From Balamuthia mandrillaris (taxonomy: Eukaryota): a stretch of 64,000 bases of DNA. Shown piece by piece: positions 1 through 10,573 of this stretch (positions within the stretch are counted from its first letter, which is position 1; each line of letters opens with the position of its first letter). The notes beneath the pieces were generated by a model, which searched no databases, had not been told where the DNA came from, and was given only the letters and a program-made list of their open reading frames with translations. Both the position numbers and the translations under genes were made by a program. The stretch lies in assembly GCA_031835245.2 (NCBI GenBank), contig JAVKOQ020000083.1:62001-126000 (forward strand). The letters run 5' to 3'.

Positions 1-120
1 ATCGTTGACCACCACTTTGGCGCCTCTTTTGGCAAAGAGCAAGGCGTAGGCCCTTCCAAGGCCTCCCCCAGCCCCCGTTACGACGACCACACGCCCATCG
101 AATCTGATTTCCTCAGCCAT
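1..120 (-). CDS. HSD17B4: Peroxisomal multifunctional enzyme type 2 (HSD17B4/MFE-2-like SDR), N-terminus; continues beyond window start
   Basis: Reverse strand from ATG at 118-120 reads [40 protein letters not shown]: the SDR TGxxxGxG motif in the MFE-2-typical context. Not in the ORF track. Confidence 0.85.
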   Translation of the reverse strand, partial: MAEEIRFDGRVVVVTGAGGGLGRAYALLFAKRGAKVVVND

Positions 121-196
121 TGCGTGCGCTGCTCTTCTCTTCTTCTTTCTTTGCGTTTAAAAAATTGAATTTATTTTCTCTCCGCGGCGGATTGTT

Positions 197-445
197 TTGT
201 GCACAATTCTCCGTTTTTTACCAAAAACGGGGTATGGCACGTCATGCAGCACAAAGCACGAAATGTTTCTTATTGCTTGCCGAACCAAGGCCAAGGAAGG
301 GAGCGCAGCGCGCGTTGCCCCGGGCGGAGCTCGACGTCCAGGGCGCTGTGGTCCTCTGAGCGAGAGTCTGGGCAGCGTCAAGGTCTTTCGTTGCTCCGAG
401 TGCGGGCTGGAAGCGGATAGGGACATCCACACGGCCAGTAGTAGC
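197..445 (+). pseudogene. Decayed C-terminal fragment of a TnpB/Fanzor2-type RNA-guided nuclease (zinc ribbon + RuvC-III)
   Basis: GRCGPLSESLGSVKVFRCSECGLEADRDIHTA matches the family pattern CGxCG..LGxxKxFxCxxCGxxxDRDxxAA. Upstream HEMFLIACRTKAKE resembles HYxFxxxLxxKAxE. A TSR motif lies in another frame (indels). Confidence 0.7.
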
Positions 446-581
446 ATCGGCTTCGCGATTCCGGGTCCATCAAAGCTCGCTTCCTACCACCGCGAAACAA
501 GAGCGGTTCCCTGAGGGCGATTTGTTAGGCGTTGGATCCTGCTCACCCATAAATGCAAGATTTACAAGTTAAATGTAGGCG

Positions 582-3212
582 TTATTGGGGCAAATAAACG
601 GGGTGGTAAATTTGGTGAGGGACGAATTTGAGAGAAGACCGGGTGGTGTTGGGGATGCCAGCGGTGGTGGAGAGGGAGTGGCTGCGGGCAAGGGAATAGT
701 GGTTCGGAAGAGGTGGCGCCGGAGGAGCAGAGGACTGGTGAGGTTGGGCTTTAGATATCTGTACACAAGGTTGAGACTGAACATGAGAGCGAGCTTGTGG
801 AGGAAGAGCTTTAGTTGCTTGTACAAGAGATTGGGATGGAGCGTGAGAGTGATTTTGAGGAGGAACATTGGAGGGGTGAATATACGACTGAGTTTGTGCT
901 GAGGAAGAAGAAGGAGGAGGAGGAGAAGGAGAAGAAGAAGAAGAGGTTGCAGGAGGGGTGTGAGGGCGCTCACTAGAGGCGGTGTTTTGCTTCGTCTGGT
1001 CCTCCTCATCGTCTAGCACAATGGGGCTGGCAGGGCTTGGGATGGGCATGTGGTGGGATCGAGCAAAGGTGATGCGAGCCCCCGCCATGTTGAGGGAATG
1101 CACCAAACGGTCCAGCAGGGTGCGGTAGTAGTGCACTTCAGCATTTTTCTGAGCAAGAAGCTTCTCGTTGACCAAGGCGTTCACCTCCTTGTTTCTTTCC
1201 ATGGCGAGCATTGCTCGGAGGGTGGCGTTCTCCTGCTCTTTTTGCAGCAAAAGCTCTTTCTCAAACCCACTGCTGCCTTGCATGATTGTGCTGCACAGCT
1301 TGTCGTAGTTGGCACGCACTAACTTGAGCATCTCTTCCAGCTCCACGTTAGTCACACGAAGGTTGATGTTCTCTTCTTTCAGTTGCAGAATCTCTGCGCT
1401 CTTTGCAGCCTCGGACTGAAGATAGGAAAGATCTTTGGCATGCTCGGGAGGAAAGTGGCCATTTCCTGAGTCGTCACCCTGTTGACGGTGGTAGCTATGT
1501 TCAGAGGAAGAGGCCACATGGGTAGGCGTTGGAGTTGCACGCGCTGAAACACCACCGGATAACATCTGCGTAGGGGTCGCTATCCCTCTGGCAAGTTTCT
1601 GACGATGTGCAGTGGCGGGTTGGAAGCCTGCTGTAATCTGCTGGAAGTGGGATTGCGAGCCAAGACGAGCGGAGTGTCTGGGGGAAGAGAACCGGTGGGA
1701 AGAGAACCGGTACTTGGTCGGAGCTGGGCTGGGTTTGTTGTCCTGGGCTTTGCTGTTCCACATAGTGACAAGAGGTTGCATAGAAGAGGAACTATACAGA
1801 GGTGGAGACGAAGACACTTGTGGTGGAACTTCAGTTGTGGATGATACCAAAGTAGAGGAACAGAGACCAGTAGAAGGAACAGCGGTAGCAGCCGCCGCCG
1901 CAGAAGAAGAAGCAGAAGAAGAAGGTGATGATGATGTTGTAGAGGAAGAAAAAGACGAAGATGAAAAGGAAAGAGAAGGAGAAGAAGCAGAAGAAGAAGC
2001 AGAAAGTGATGATGGAGGAGGTTGAGAAAGTAAGGAAGACAGTGGTGGGGACTGACAGAACAAATCTAAGGATGCAGCCGAGGAATTCGATAAAGTGGAA
2101 GAAGATAAAGAATAAACTGAAGATGACGAAGGTGAGGATGAAGAGGGTGACGTAGATGTGGAAATAGATGAGGAGGGGAGAGAAGGTGGAGGAGAAGGAG
2201 CAAGTGCAACAGGAAGTTGCGCTGTTTGCGTTGGAGAAGGTGGAGCTGGGAATTGAACCATAGTGCTTGATGGAATAGGGTCAATTGGTAATTTCTTTTG
2301 GACCACAGCCTGCACTTCCTGTAGTTGCTGCAGCCAGCGACGCTTGCCCTCTTTCAACCGTTTTTGACTCTCTACAATAAACTGGGCCTTACGTGCCGAA
2401 GAGGGTTTGGTATTAGTTGCATTTGTGGTGCCCTCTTTATCAGCACTTTCCTCTGACACCATGTTATCAGTTGATACGGAGAGTTGTTGAGGTGGCTGTG
2501 CTTGGAGAGTTGGTGGTAGTTTATCAGGTAATTGGGTATCGGCCACAGGTTGGGGCGATCTTGGAAGTGGCGGTTTGCGATAATCAAGAACGAGGTCTTG
2601 TTGTATGGCTGACATTTGTTGGGCACTTGGTTGCGTTGCTGGTTTGGCCTCATCTGTGCAGTAGAAAGGCTGCGTAGAAGTGGAGAGAGGACGCTCAGGT
2701 TCTGCCATTTGAGTTATTATTCGTTCTGTTTCTGTTTCTGTTTCTGTTTCTGTTTCTGTTTCTGTTTGTTTTGAGGTGGTGGGCGTGTTGTTAATGGTAA
2801 TTGAAGAGGCTGGAGAAGTGGGACAAACATGAGCCTCTTTCTCATTTGTGGGGGCAGAGGAAGCTTCATCACGAGTTAAAGAGGCGGCTGTTGCTGATTG
2901 CAGAATTTTGGAAGTATCAGTGATGGGCGGATTAGCAATGGGGTTAGAAGATTGTGAGCTACGCTCTACGGTAGGGCTGGAAGTTGATGAATCAGAAGGA
3001 GGAGAAGATTGGGGTTTTTCGCTGCAGAGTGAAATGGGGGAGGAGTTATCGATAGAAGTCTTCTGGCCAGACGTGAGGGGTGAAAGTGACGGAGGTGCTT
3101 CGTAGAACAGTTTCCTTTTTCGGGTGGGCGCTACTGGCACCGTAGGTGCTGTAGGCACAGGCATGGCCAAAGAACCTTCGGTTGTCGAAGCGGCAGTTGT
3201 TCTCGTGGTTGT

Positions 3213-3248
<36 letters not shown>

Positions 3249-4463
3249 GGTTGCTCCAGTTACTGCAATCGTTGGTGCTGTTGCAGTTGTTGACGAAGGT
3301 TCTGTTGTGGCAGGAACAGATTTGGGAGCTGCATTTGTACCCAAGGAGGCTTTTCGTTGACTCTTCAACCGCAGCCTCTTTTTAGCATTGCGTTGGATTG
3401 CAGCACCCGCTTCTAGCTCGGAAAGTTCAAAATCATCTTGGTTTTTTTCCAAACGTTCAACCTCTTCTTTGCATTCTTTTTCCTCTTTAGCGCGAAGTAG
3501 TGTCTCTCGTTTTCTTTTCGGAGCCCTCAGGCTCTTTAATTTGCTTTTTGACCGCTTTTCTGGGGAAGAAGACCGTTTGCCATCACTCGACCTTTTCAAC
3601 ACCCTTCGACCCTCACTATCTTCCTGTGGTGAGGCATCTGTATCTGGAGGTTGCAACAGCGCTTTGTCAAAGAGGGTGCTTCCGCCGTATGGTGACAATA
3701 AACTCGCCTTTCTTTGAAGAAAAAGGTTCATCTCCAATAGTTTTCTCACTCCAAAGTCGAGCAAATTGGCGATGCGATGTTTAACTTCAGCTTTCCCATC
3801 AGGACTCCGGGTGTGGTAAAACATAGCGTTTGTACATGCCATTTTGAAGTGATGCTAGGCACAAGAAAGATCAGTTTATAAATAAGGCAGTCTTGAAACG
3901 CAAGAGAGAATATACCTCAAATAGTGGAATATTTCTATATTCATTCACCAGTAACATTTGCTTGATGGATTTATAATTGATGGGATTGGTAACGTAGTCC
4001 TTGTAGTCCTTCTGCTGACACGTTTGGCTTAGCAGCCTATCCGTGTCCTGTCTGCGTAGAGAGAAAGAGTGAAGAAAGGTGAGCATGCGAGCAAGGCTTC
4101 AATACCACGTGACGTACTTTGCAATCATTTCCATGTATTCCTTTAGCATCGCTCGCACTGATCGCGGCACATGTCAGTTTAGAAAGCAATAACAACATTG
4201 AGGGCAAGAATGATGTTTCTACTTACCCACGGCAGTGCATCTTGCGCAGTACCAGTTATTAGGAAAAGCTTGTCCAGGCCCAGCTCCAACACAAGAGAAG
4301 CAATACTCGGCAGGGCATAAGTCACAGCATATTATCTCTCCTCCGCCTCTGCACTTCCAGCAGGTATCTTTCCACGATTTAATATCCAAGTTCTCCAACT
4401 TTAACAAAGCGTAAAGAAAGAAGCAAACACGTGAAGGAGATAAACAGAGAGGAGAACATTAAT

Positions 4464-4500
<37 letters not shown>

Positions 4501-5289
4501 AGGCGAAGCATGAGAAGGAACAAACTTGAGTTTCATAGGCGGCGTAGGCAGCATGCGTGGCACGAATGAAGAGTTGATAAGCCTTCGGTTGACGTTTACT
4601 GAAGCTTCCTCTGCCTGGGTTCCGCTTTACGAATATCTTTGGCAACATAGGGAGCCTTGGATCATGGAAAGGCATGATATGCAACTCTCGCACCCAACCA
4701 CTGAAAAAATATGAACGTTAAGAAAAGACAAGAGGACAAGTTTAAATAGCGATACACGAGCTTACGTTTTGTCTTCTCCGAAAAAGTGGGTAAGCACTGA
4801 ATTGGGAGACGTAGGAGGAGGAATATCAAGCCGCTCCATGTCCACTTCGCACTCATCCAGCACCTAAACGAATATGCAAGAAGGACGGGTAGCAGTGTGT
4901 CAACATCCAGAAAAGAAAGAGGCATCTGGCAGCAAAACGTCTTTTTGACAAAAAGCAAAACGTACATAAGCGGGCCAATAGGGGTCCGTTCCAAACTTGG
5001 CCCAAACGACTTGACCAGCGACCCATGCTGGCTTGAAGCTGCATTCCTCCGCGCCTGCGGTGCTACCCAAGGAGGAGGATGTACCAGCGCTCATGTCCAC
5101 CACAAACTTACACGATCCGAACTCCGCGGCGGACTTCCTCGCAAACAACTGCTGCTTCAAGCTGGCTAATCAAGGTTGCAAAAGCGTGTAGTGCTACGTT
5201 CCGCTACGTAAATGAACCCGTGCCGCAACGCTCCCCTTTCTTTCTTTTTTTTTCGAGCGAGGCATGGAATTAAGGGGTCGGGTCGTCAT
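582..5289 (-). CDS. Multi-exon chromatin reader: PWWP + PHD finger + bromodomain, long low-complexity tail with coiled coil
   Basis: PWWP GQVVWAKFGTDPYWPA (~4970-5020); PHD CWKCRGGGEIICCDLCPAEYCFSC..WYCARC (4219-4407); bromodomain DYKDYVTNPINYKSIKQML / ACTNAMFYH (3800-4020); 1086-aa terminal ORF 582-3842. Start codon uncertain. Confidence 0.8.
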
Positions 5290-5367
5290 GAGAATATAGA
5301 AAGTGGATCCTGATGAGATCTGTCGTGTCGTCCTTGAAAAAAAAAAAGAAGAAGAAGGGAAGACAAA

Positions 5368-5815
5368 ATGAGCACTGCGGCGGCCGTACAGAGCACATCA
5401 ACTGAGGAGGAAGCACAGTGTGTTCAGCTTATTTTTAAGGCTTCTGCGGTTCCTTTCATATGTGGTCCGTATGTAGTATTGGAGCGGCAAACAATAGTGC
5501 AAATAGTGCAAGACACCGTCGGCCCAGCGCTCAAAAAGCGAGTAACAAGGAAACCACGGGATTTACCTCTCCGATTCTCAGTTGAGCTCAGCAGTGCCCT
5601 CCATCAACTGTTTTTCGGTGAGTTTGAGACCACCCTTTCTTCCTTGCAACAGATCGAGGAGATCTTTGGAGAGAATAGCTGCATCACCTATGAGCGTGGT
5701 TCTTATGCGAAGCTGCAGCCCCCTTTACATATCAAACGTCTGAAGAACAAAACAAAGTTCACCATATTTTATGCAGTGTACAATCGATCACATGTTCTCC
5801 AATGGCCCGAAGCAG
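5368..5815 (+). CDS. Hypothetical ~150-aa protein convergent with the RAG1-like gene (3' end unresolved)
   Basis: ATG in an A-rich context and 150 codons of normal complexity, then a likely splice donor G|GTACAA at 5816 leading into a CT-rich tract. No recognisable motif. Confidence 0.5.
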
Positions 5816-5819
5816 GTAC

Positions 5820-6326
5820 AAAATCCTTTCTTCTATCCTTTCTCCTCTCTCCTCTTATTCCTCTCTCTTCCTCTCTTTTCTTTTCGCTCCTCTTTCTCCT
5901 TGCTCTCTTCTGTCTCTTCTCTCTTCCTTTTCTCTCCTCTCTCTCCTATCTTCTTCTTTTCCTCTCTTCCTCTCTTCTTCTTCTTTCTCTTCTCTCTCCT
6001 TTCTCGTTTCTGCTTCTCTTCTATTCTCTCTTCTCTCCTGTCTTCTTCTTCCTCTCTTTTTCTCTTCCTCTCTTCCTCTCTTCCTCTTCCTTTCTCCTGT
6101 TTTCCTTTCTCCTGTTTTCCTCTCTCTTTTCTTCTCTCTTTTCTCTTGTGTTGGTCTTTGGTACTGATCTTTATTTTTCCTTTTCTTTACATCTCTTCTT
6201 CCTTTTCTTTCTCCTTCTCCACTTCTTCTTCTTTTTCTTCTTCTTCTTCTTTCTCTTCTTCTTCTTCTTCTTCTTTTTCTTTTTCTTCTTCTTTTTCTTC
6301 TTCTTCTTCTTCTTCTTCTTCTTCTT
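5820..6326. repeat. CT-rich low-complexity / (CTT)n tract
   Basis: Almost pure pyrimidine on +; encodes the poly-E tail of the minus-strand ORF. Confidence 0.9.
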
Positions 6327-8561
6327 GAAGCTGAGCTGAGCCAACATACTGCTGCATCTCTGGATGTAAACAAATATTCCGTGATGCCCAGTTGACATTG
6401 GGCTTCTGTGTTCGTTGCCTTTTCCGTTGAGGCTCAGGCAATGTCTTGTCGAAGAGGTACTTTTCTTGGCGGAAGGCAAAGGCTAGTTGTTGATAACATA
6501 CCTTCCTCTCTCCTTTTCTCCCTCCATATCCACTAGTTGGTGCTTTCTTGTTTCTGGAGTGGCGACTCTCGTCTGCATAGTTGGCGAACTTTTCCACCGA
6601 TCCGTACTTGTGCAAATAAAATCCAATGTGGTAAACAAAAACGTGTATGTATGGCGTTACCTCCTCTTCTCCATATCGCTTGCTAAACATGAAACCAAAC
6701 TCACGCGCCATCTTTAGCCATTCCTCCTCTGTTATTATGACTTGTGGCTGGGCAGCAAGGGTATAAAGTTTCGCAAACAGTTCCCATATTTCTTCTGTTT
6801 GTTGTGTCCTTGTCCCATCTCCCACTGACCTTCTTAGTGCTGCCATAAACAAAGCTCGTTGCTCGAGAATACGCAAATAGTCTGAACGGCCAAATCTTGC
6901 TTTCTTTACCCGTTGCTCCAAGGTTTTGACCTTCTTCTTCTTCTTGGTTTCTTTCGGTAACTTCATCTTCAACGTCTCAAAGCATTTCTCGAAGCCTTCA
7001 GCAAGGGGTGAATCGTTAGGTGCTTGCTCCATTAGCAGTTCCAACAGCTTGCGCATGACTCCCATGAAGCAGTGTAGCATGCAGGGGATGATGTGGTCAA
7101 GAAGAATGTTGATCAAAGGTTTGTTTTGCACCCCAAAGTGTTTCTGGGCAAAACGATCTTTTCCACTCTTAGATTCACACTTCTCTGCTTGCTCACCATC
7201 TCTCCACATTTCTGCTTCGTTTCGCAAGGGCCAGCACTCGATGGCAAAGTTCGCGATTGAATGCTTGTCAACGCAGCACCAAGGACACTTCCACTTCGAG
7301 TTTGGATGATAGCAACTGTAGAGTCCAAGCAAATGTACCAACGCTGCCATGTCGCACACAAGCACAGGCTCGAGAGCATACTCGGTACCGTTGGCACAAA
7401 TAGTTCCTCCGTTAGCAAGGTATTCTATCCCTTTCACTGCATTCTGTAGTTCCAGCTGTAGTGCTTCTCTGTCTTCCTCACCGAGGAAAATGAGATACTG
7501 GTGTGCGTTGTTTACAGACTTGGCTTTTGCTAACTCGAGGCCATCAAAAAGGAAGTTGAAGGTGCCGATCTCTTGCTTTTTCCGTTTGCCCTGGGTCATG
7601 GTGGCTCCATCAAAGGCAAACTTCACCAAGTGCTTTTGTCCTGGTTTGTTTTCTGGAGGAGGATTGTGTGCTAACACCCAGCTCATGTATTGCAAAAGGG
7701 GCAATTCGTAGCCATTCCCTCCGAGGGTTACTCTTGGTTCCATGGATTCCATAAGTGCTGCTTTTTGCTTGTTGAGGTGATGAATGGAGGTGGAGTCATC
7801 GAGGTTGAAAACAGACATGGTGTATCTCCAGTTCTTGTCTGTTATACCAACTGTTTCTTTGTAGGCAAGTAACACTGAAAGTGCAGGTTGGTGGCGTGGC
7901 TGTTGAAGCTCTTGAAATTCGCTAATATGCTCTTTCAGATAGTGGATCGTAGCTGGATCGCTTTTTACAAGCTCTCCAAGGGCCATCATGAATGATTGTT
8001 GGGGACAGAGACATCGCAACAAGGCCTTTGCTTGCTCTTTGAGGTACACTTCTTCCCTTTCTTTTTTGTTTTCTTCCAACACACTTTGCCAGTCTCTGTT
8101 GCTATCCATCGTTCCTTCATTTCCTCCAGCTCTTTTTTGCGTTGATACATGACGTTTTCTTGTCTCTTTTCTTCTTCTTTTTCTCGCTCCATTTGCAGGA
8201 AGGCTGTTGTGTGTCTCGAATCTTCGCACCGTTGGCAGTCCTCAGAGCAATTAACGTGGTCATCATGAAGCTCATGGGTTGAGCGGGTGCAAGCAACCTT
8301 GAACAGACGGATACATCCATTGGTATGTCGGCACTGAAAGAATGCTTCTGTTGGTTGTGCTTTGCCCTTTGTTTTGCCCTCCCAACGCAAGCAAGAGGGA
8401 CAACCAGCATCGCAACCATGATAGCGCTGCATTCTTTCATGTTTCCACATGGCTTTTGCAGAGGCATAGAGGACTCGTTGGCCATCTTTTCCGGTGTGAT
8501 GGCAGCGTTGGTGCTCGCACTCCCACTTTTTTTCTTGCCCTGCTTCTCCACTTCGCTCCAT
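6187..8561 (-). CDS. RAG1/Transib-like DDE transposase with N-terminal Cys/His repeats; one apparent 1-nt frameshift near 8111
   Basis: Collinear RAG1-core-like motifs: VKFAFDGA, LGEEDREAL, VCDMAALVHLLGL..KCPWC, GVQNKPLI..IPCMLHCFMG, VTPYIHVFVYH..KYGSVEKFANYADESRHS. ORFs 7986-8561 and 6187-8229 join (..EEMKER/MDSNRDW..) with one extra base. Confidence 0.8.
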
Positions 8562-8625
8562 TTTTTTTCCTTTTTTTTTTCTTTTTTGGTTTTTTTGTTT
8601 TGTAAATATTTTCGGGGAAAAATTT

Positions 8626-8720
8626 GGCTCTAGTTTCTAACGACGTGAGAGGTGCTAGTGAACCACTCGCACTTTTTCCTTTTTTGTTGATCTAGATTCA
8701 CGTCGTTAGAAAGTGGATCC
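8626..8720. repeat. Back-to-back 22-bp CAC-initiated inverted repeat (candidate TIR or promoter motif)
   Basis: 8626-8647 reverse = CACGTCGTTAGAAACTAGAGCC; 8699-8720 = CACGTCGTTAGAAAGTGGATCC (19/22). The inner 14 bp TAGAAAGTGGATCC recurs at 5297-5310. Confidence 0.75.
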
Positions 8721-9140
8721 GTCCAAGTGTCCTGGAGCTTGCGATGTCGACAAAAAAAGAAAAATTGAGGAGTCATCACGGAATCAATTCTGGTACTTTT
8801 GGCGGGAAGCGTTCCGCAAAACAAAGAAAGGCCTTTTTGGCGGGAACGAACGCCGAGCGGATGCTCCTCAAGCGAACCAACAGCCAATCCCACCCAAAAC
8901 GGCTAATTACCGTTAACGTGCGCGCAACAAAAGCGGAAGGAGGGAAGAAAAAAAGAGGGGAGAGCCTGGTTTGGGGGATCATCAGTGTTTGCCGAGGGAA
9001 ACGCTTTGATGTTTTTGTGATCGATTTTTTTTTTCCAACGAACCACAGCAGAGAAGGAGTTTTTTGGTTGATCTGGAGAATTTTTTTTTTAAAAAAAACA
9101 AATCGGAAATAAAGAAAAGAAAAAACGAAAAGAGAAAACG

Positions 9141-10440
9141 ATGAGCACGGGCACGCTGACCTACTTCACCACGAACAAAAACGCGCCGATCACCCCGGTC
9201 TCTGGCCCCAGCAACCAAGGCGGCCGTAAGAGAAAAGCGATCCGCAAAAAATCTTTTGCGGCGGTTCGAAAGAAAGTGGCCGACGAGGCAGAGTTTGACG
9301 ACACGCTAAACTTCAACTACTCCTCCAAGCAGCTCGATCCTCCTTCCTCCAATCACAGCGTTGTGAAAGAAAAACGTGCCTCCAAACGACAGCGAAGGGA
9401 TGAGACTGCCAACGTTAGCAAGCAAGGGGCTGCTACCGCAGCCGCCACGGCCGCCAAAACCTCCAACCCTCCTCCCTCTCCTTCTTCTTCCTCTCGACAG
9501 AATGGAGCACAAGCCAAACCCTCTCAAGCAAAAACTGCAGCCACCGCGGCCGCCATCTCTTCCTCAAAGAAAACCACAACAGCAACAACGGCAAGGACAA
9601 AAACGGAAGAGCAGGAATTTCTGCTGGGGCTAAGGTCCAACACCAAAGACCGGATAGACAAAATCATCGCAAATCTCTCCCTCTCCGATAAGAACAAAAC
9701 CAACGGTTCTCTCTCCCTCCCCCTCTCTGCTCTGCTCTGCTCTGTTCTTCCACCGCTTACCTTTTTATGACAGCAATGCAACTCTGCAAAAAGTTTTCGG
9801 ATCCGCTGTCCCAGCCGGAGCTACAAAAGGAGCTGATAAGAGACAAACGGAAGCAAGAAGCACAAGCGGCCAAGCAAAGAACGCAAGTGATAAGCCAACA
9901 AAAACAACTAGAGACCACGAACCACCTCCTTAAGGAGCGAGAACGTTTGCTGCGGGCAGAGCTCGACAAACAAAAGGAAGAGCTCTCCGGATGGAGAGAG
10001 GTCCGACAAAACCTTCAACAACTACAAAAGGACGCATCCTACAATAACAACAAGAGCAACAAGACAAAGACGAAGACGAAGCAAAAAGGAAAGATGGGGG
10101 CGAGCAAAGAAGAGAAAGAAGAACGACAGGCAGGCAAACAAACAGAAGAAGAGCTGCGGTTACTTATCTCAGAGGAAGACCGTCAGTTCTTGGAGCAGGT
10201 GAAGAGTGCTCCCATGAAGAAGGACATAACGAAGCAACTGGAGGTGTTGTCTCTGCAAGCAGATCAGCTGCAGAGCACAGCCAGAGACATTCGCCGCTTT
10301 GACCATTGGGTGAGCACCTGCCTCAACCGTGTCTCTCTCCGTTATCACCAACACCAATTCGTGGAGAATGCTGCTGATCCGCAAGCCTTGATTAAGGGCA
10401 TTCTTCGTCCTGTCACCTCTTCGTCTTCCTCATCAACATA
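9141..10440 (+). CDS. Two-exon coiled-coil protein, possibly kinetochore Dsn1/Mis13-like
   Basis: ORFs 9141-9770 and 9767-10441 are bridged by a likely short intron (~9705-9773). Basic N-terminus with RKKSF; C-terminal LEVLSLQADQL..DPQALIKGIL is reminiscent of Dsn1. The gene looks real; the identity is weak. Confidence 0.35.
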
Positions 10441-10573
10441 GCAGACACTTCTCTTTGTTTTGTTCGGTCAATTTTATCTTCAAAAATGTGTCTTTGTTGC
10501 TTGTACAGTAATAACGTTATCACTCCGCATGTTGCTGCTCTTCCTCCTATTACCAACGATACCAAACACAGGT

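Noticed and set aside
120..568. Intact IS607/Fanzor element with serine recombinase
   Set aside because: Only a ~250-bp frameshifted C-terminal fragment fits here; no RuvC-I, TnpA or left end.
2722..4496. (TCTGTT)n, (GCT)n and (GA)n microsatellites
   Set aside because: Ordinary coding or intronic simple repeats.
5414..5420. Perfect RSS heptamer CACAGTG near the RAG1-like gene
   Set aside because: Lies inside the partner ORF, has no ACAAAAACC-like nonamer at 12 or 23 bp and no counterpart at the other end; a 7-mer is expected by chance.
5368..5815. Calling the convergent ORF RAG2-like
   Set aside because: Only ~150 aa visible, with no kelch GG repeats or PHD; position alone is insufficient.
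5771..6479. Poly-F, poly-S, poly-R and poly-K ORFs
   Set aside because: Alternative-frame readings of a CT-rich low-complexity tract.
5297..8720. 14-bp direct repeat as a target-site duplication
   Set aside because: Too long for RAG/Transib (5 bp) and better explained as part of the 22-bp motif that also occurs inverted.
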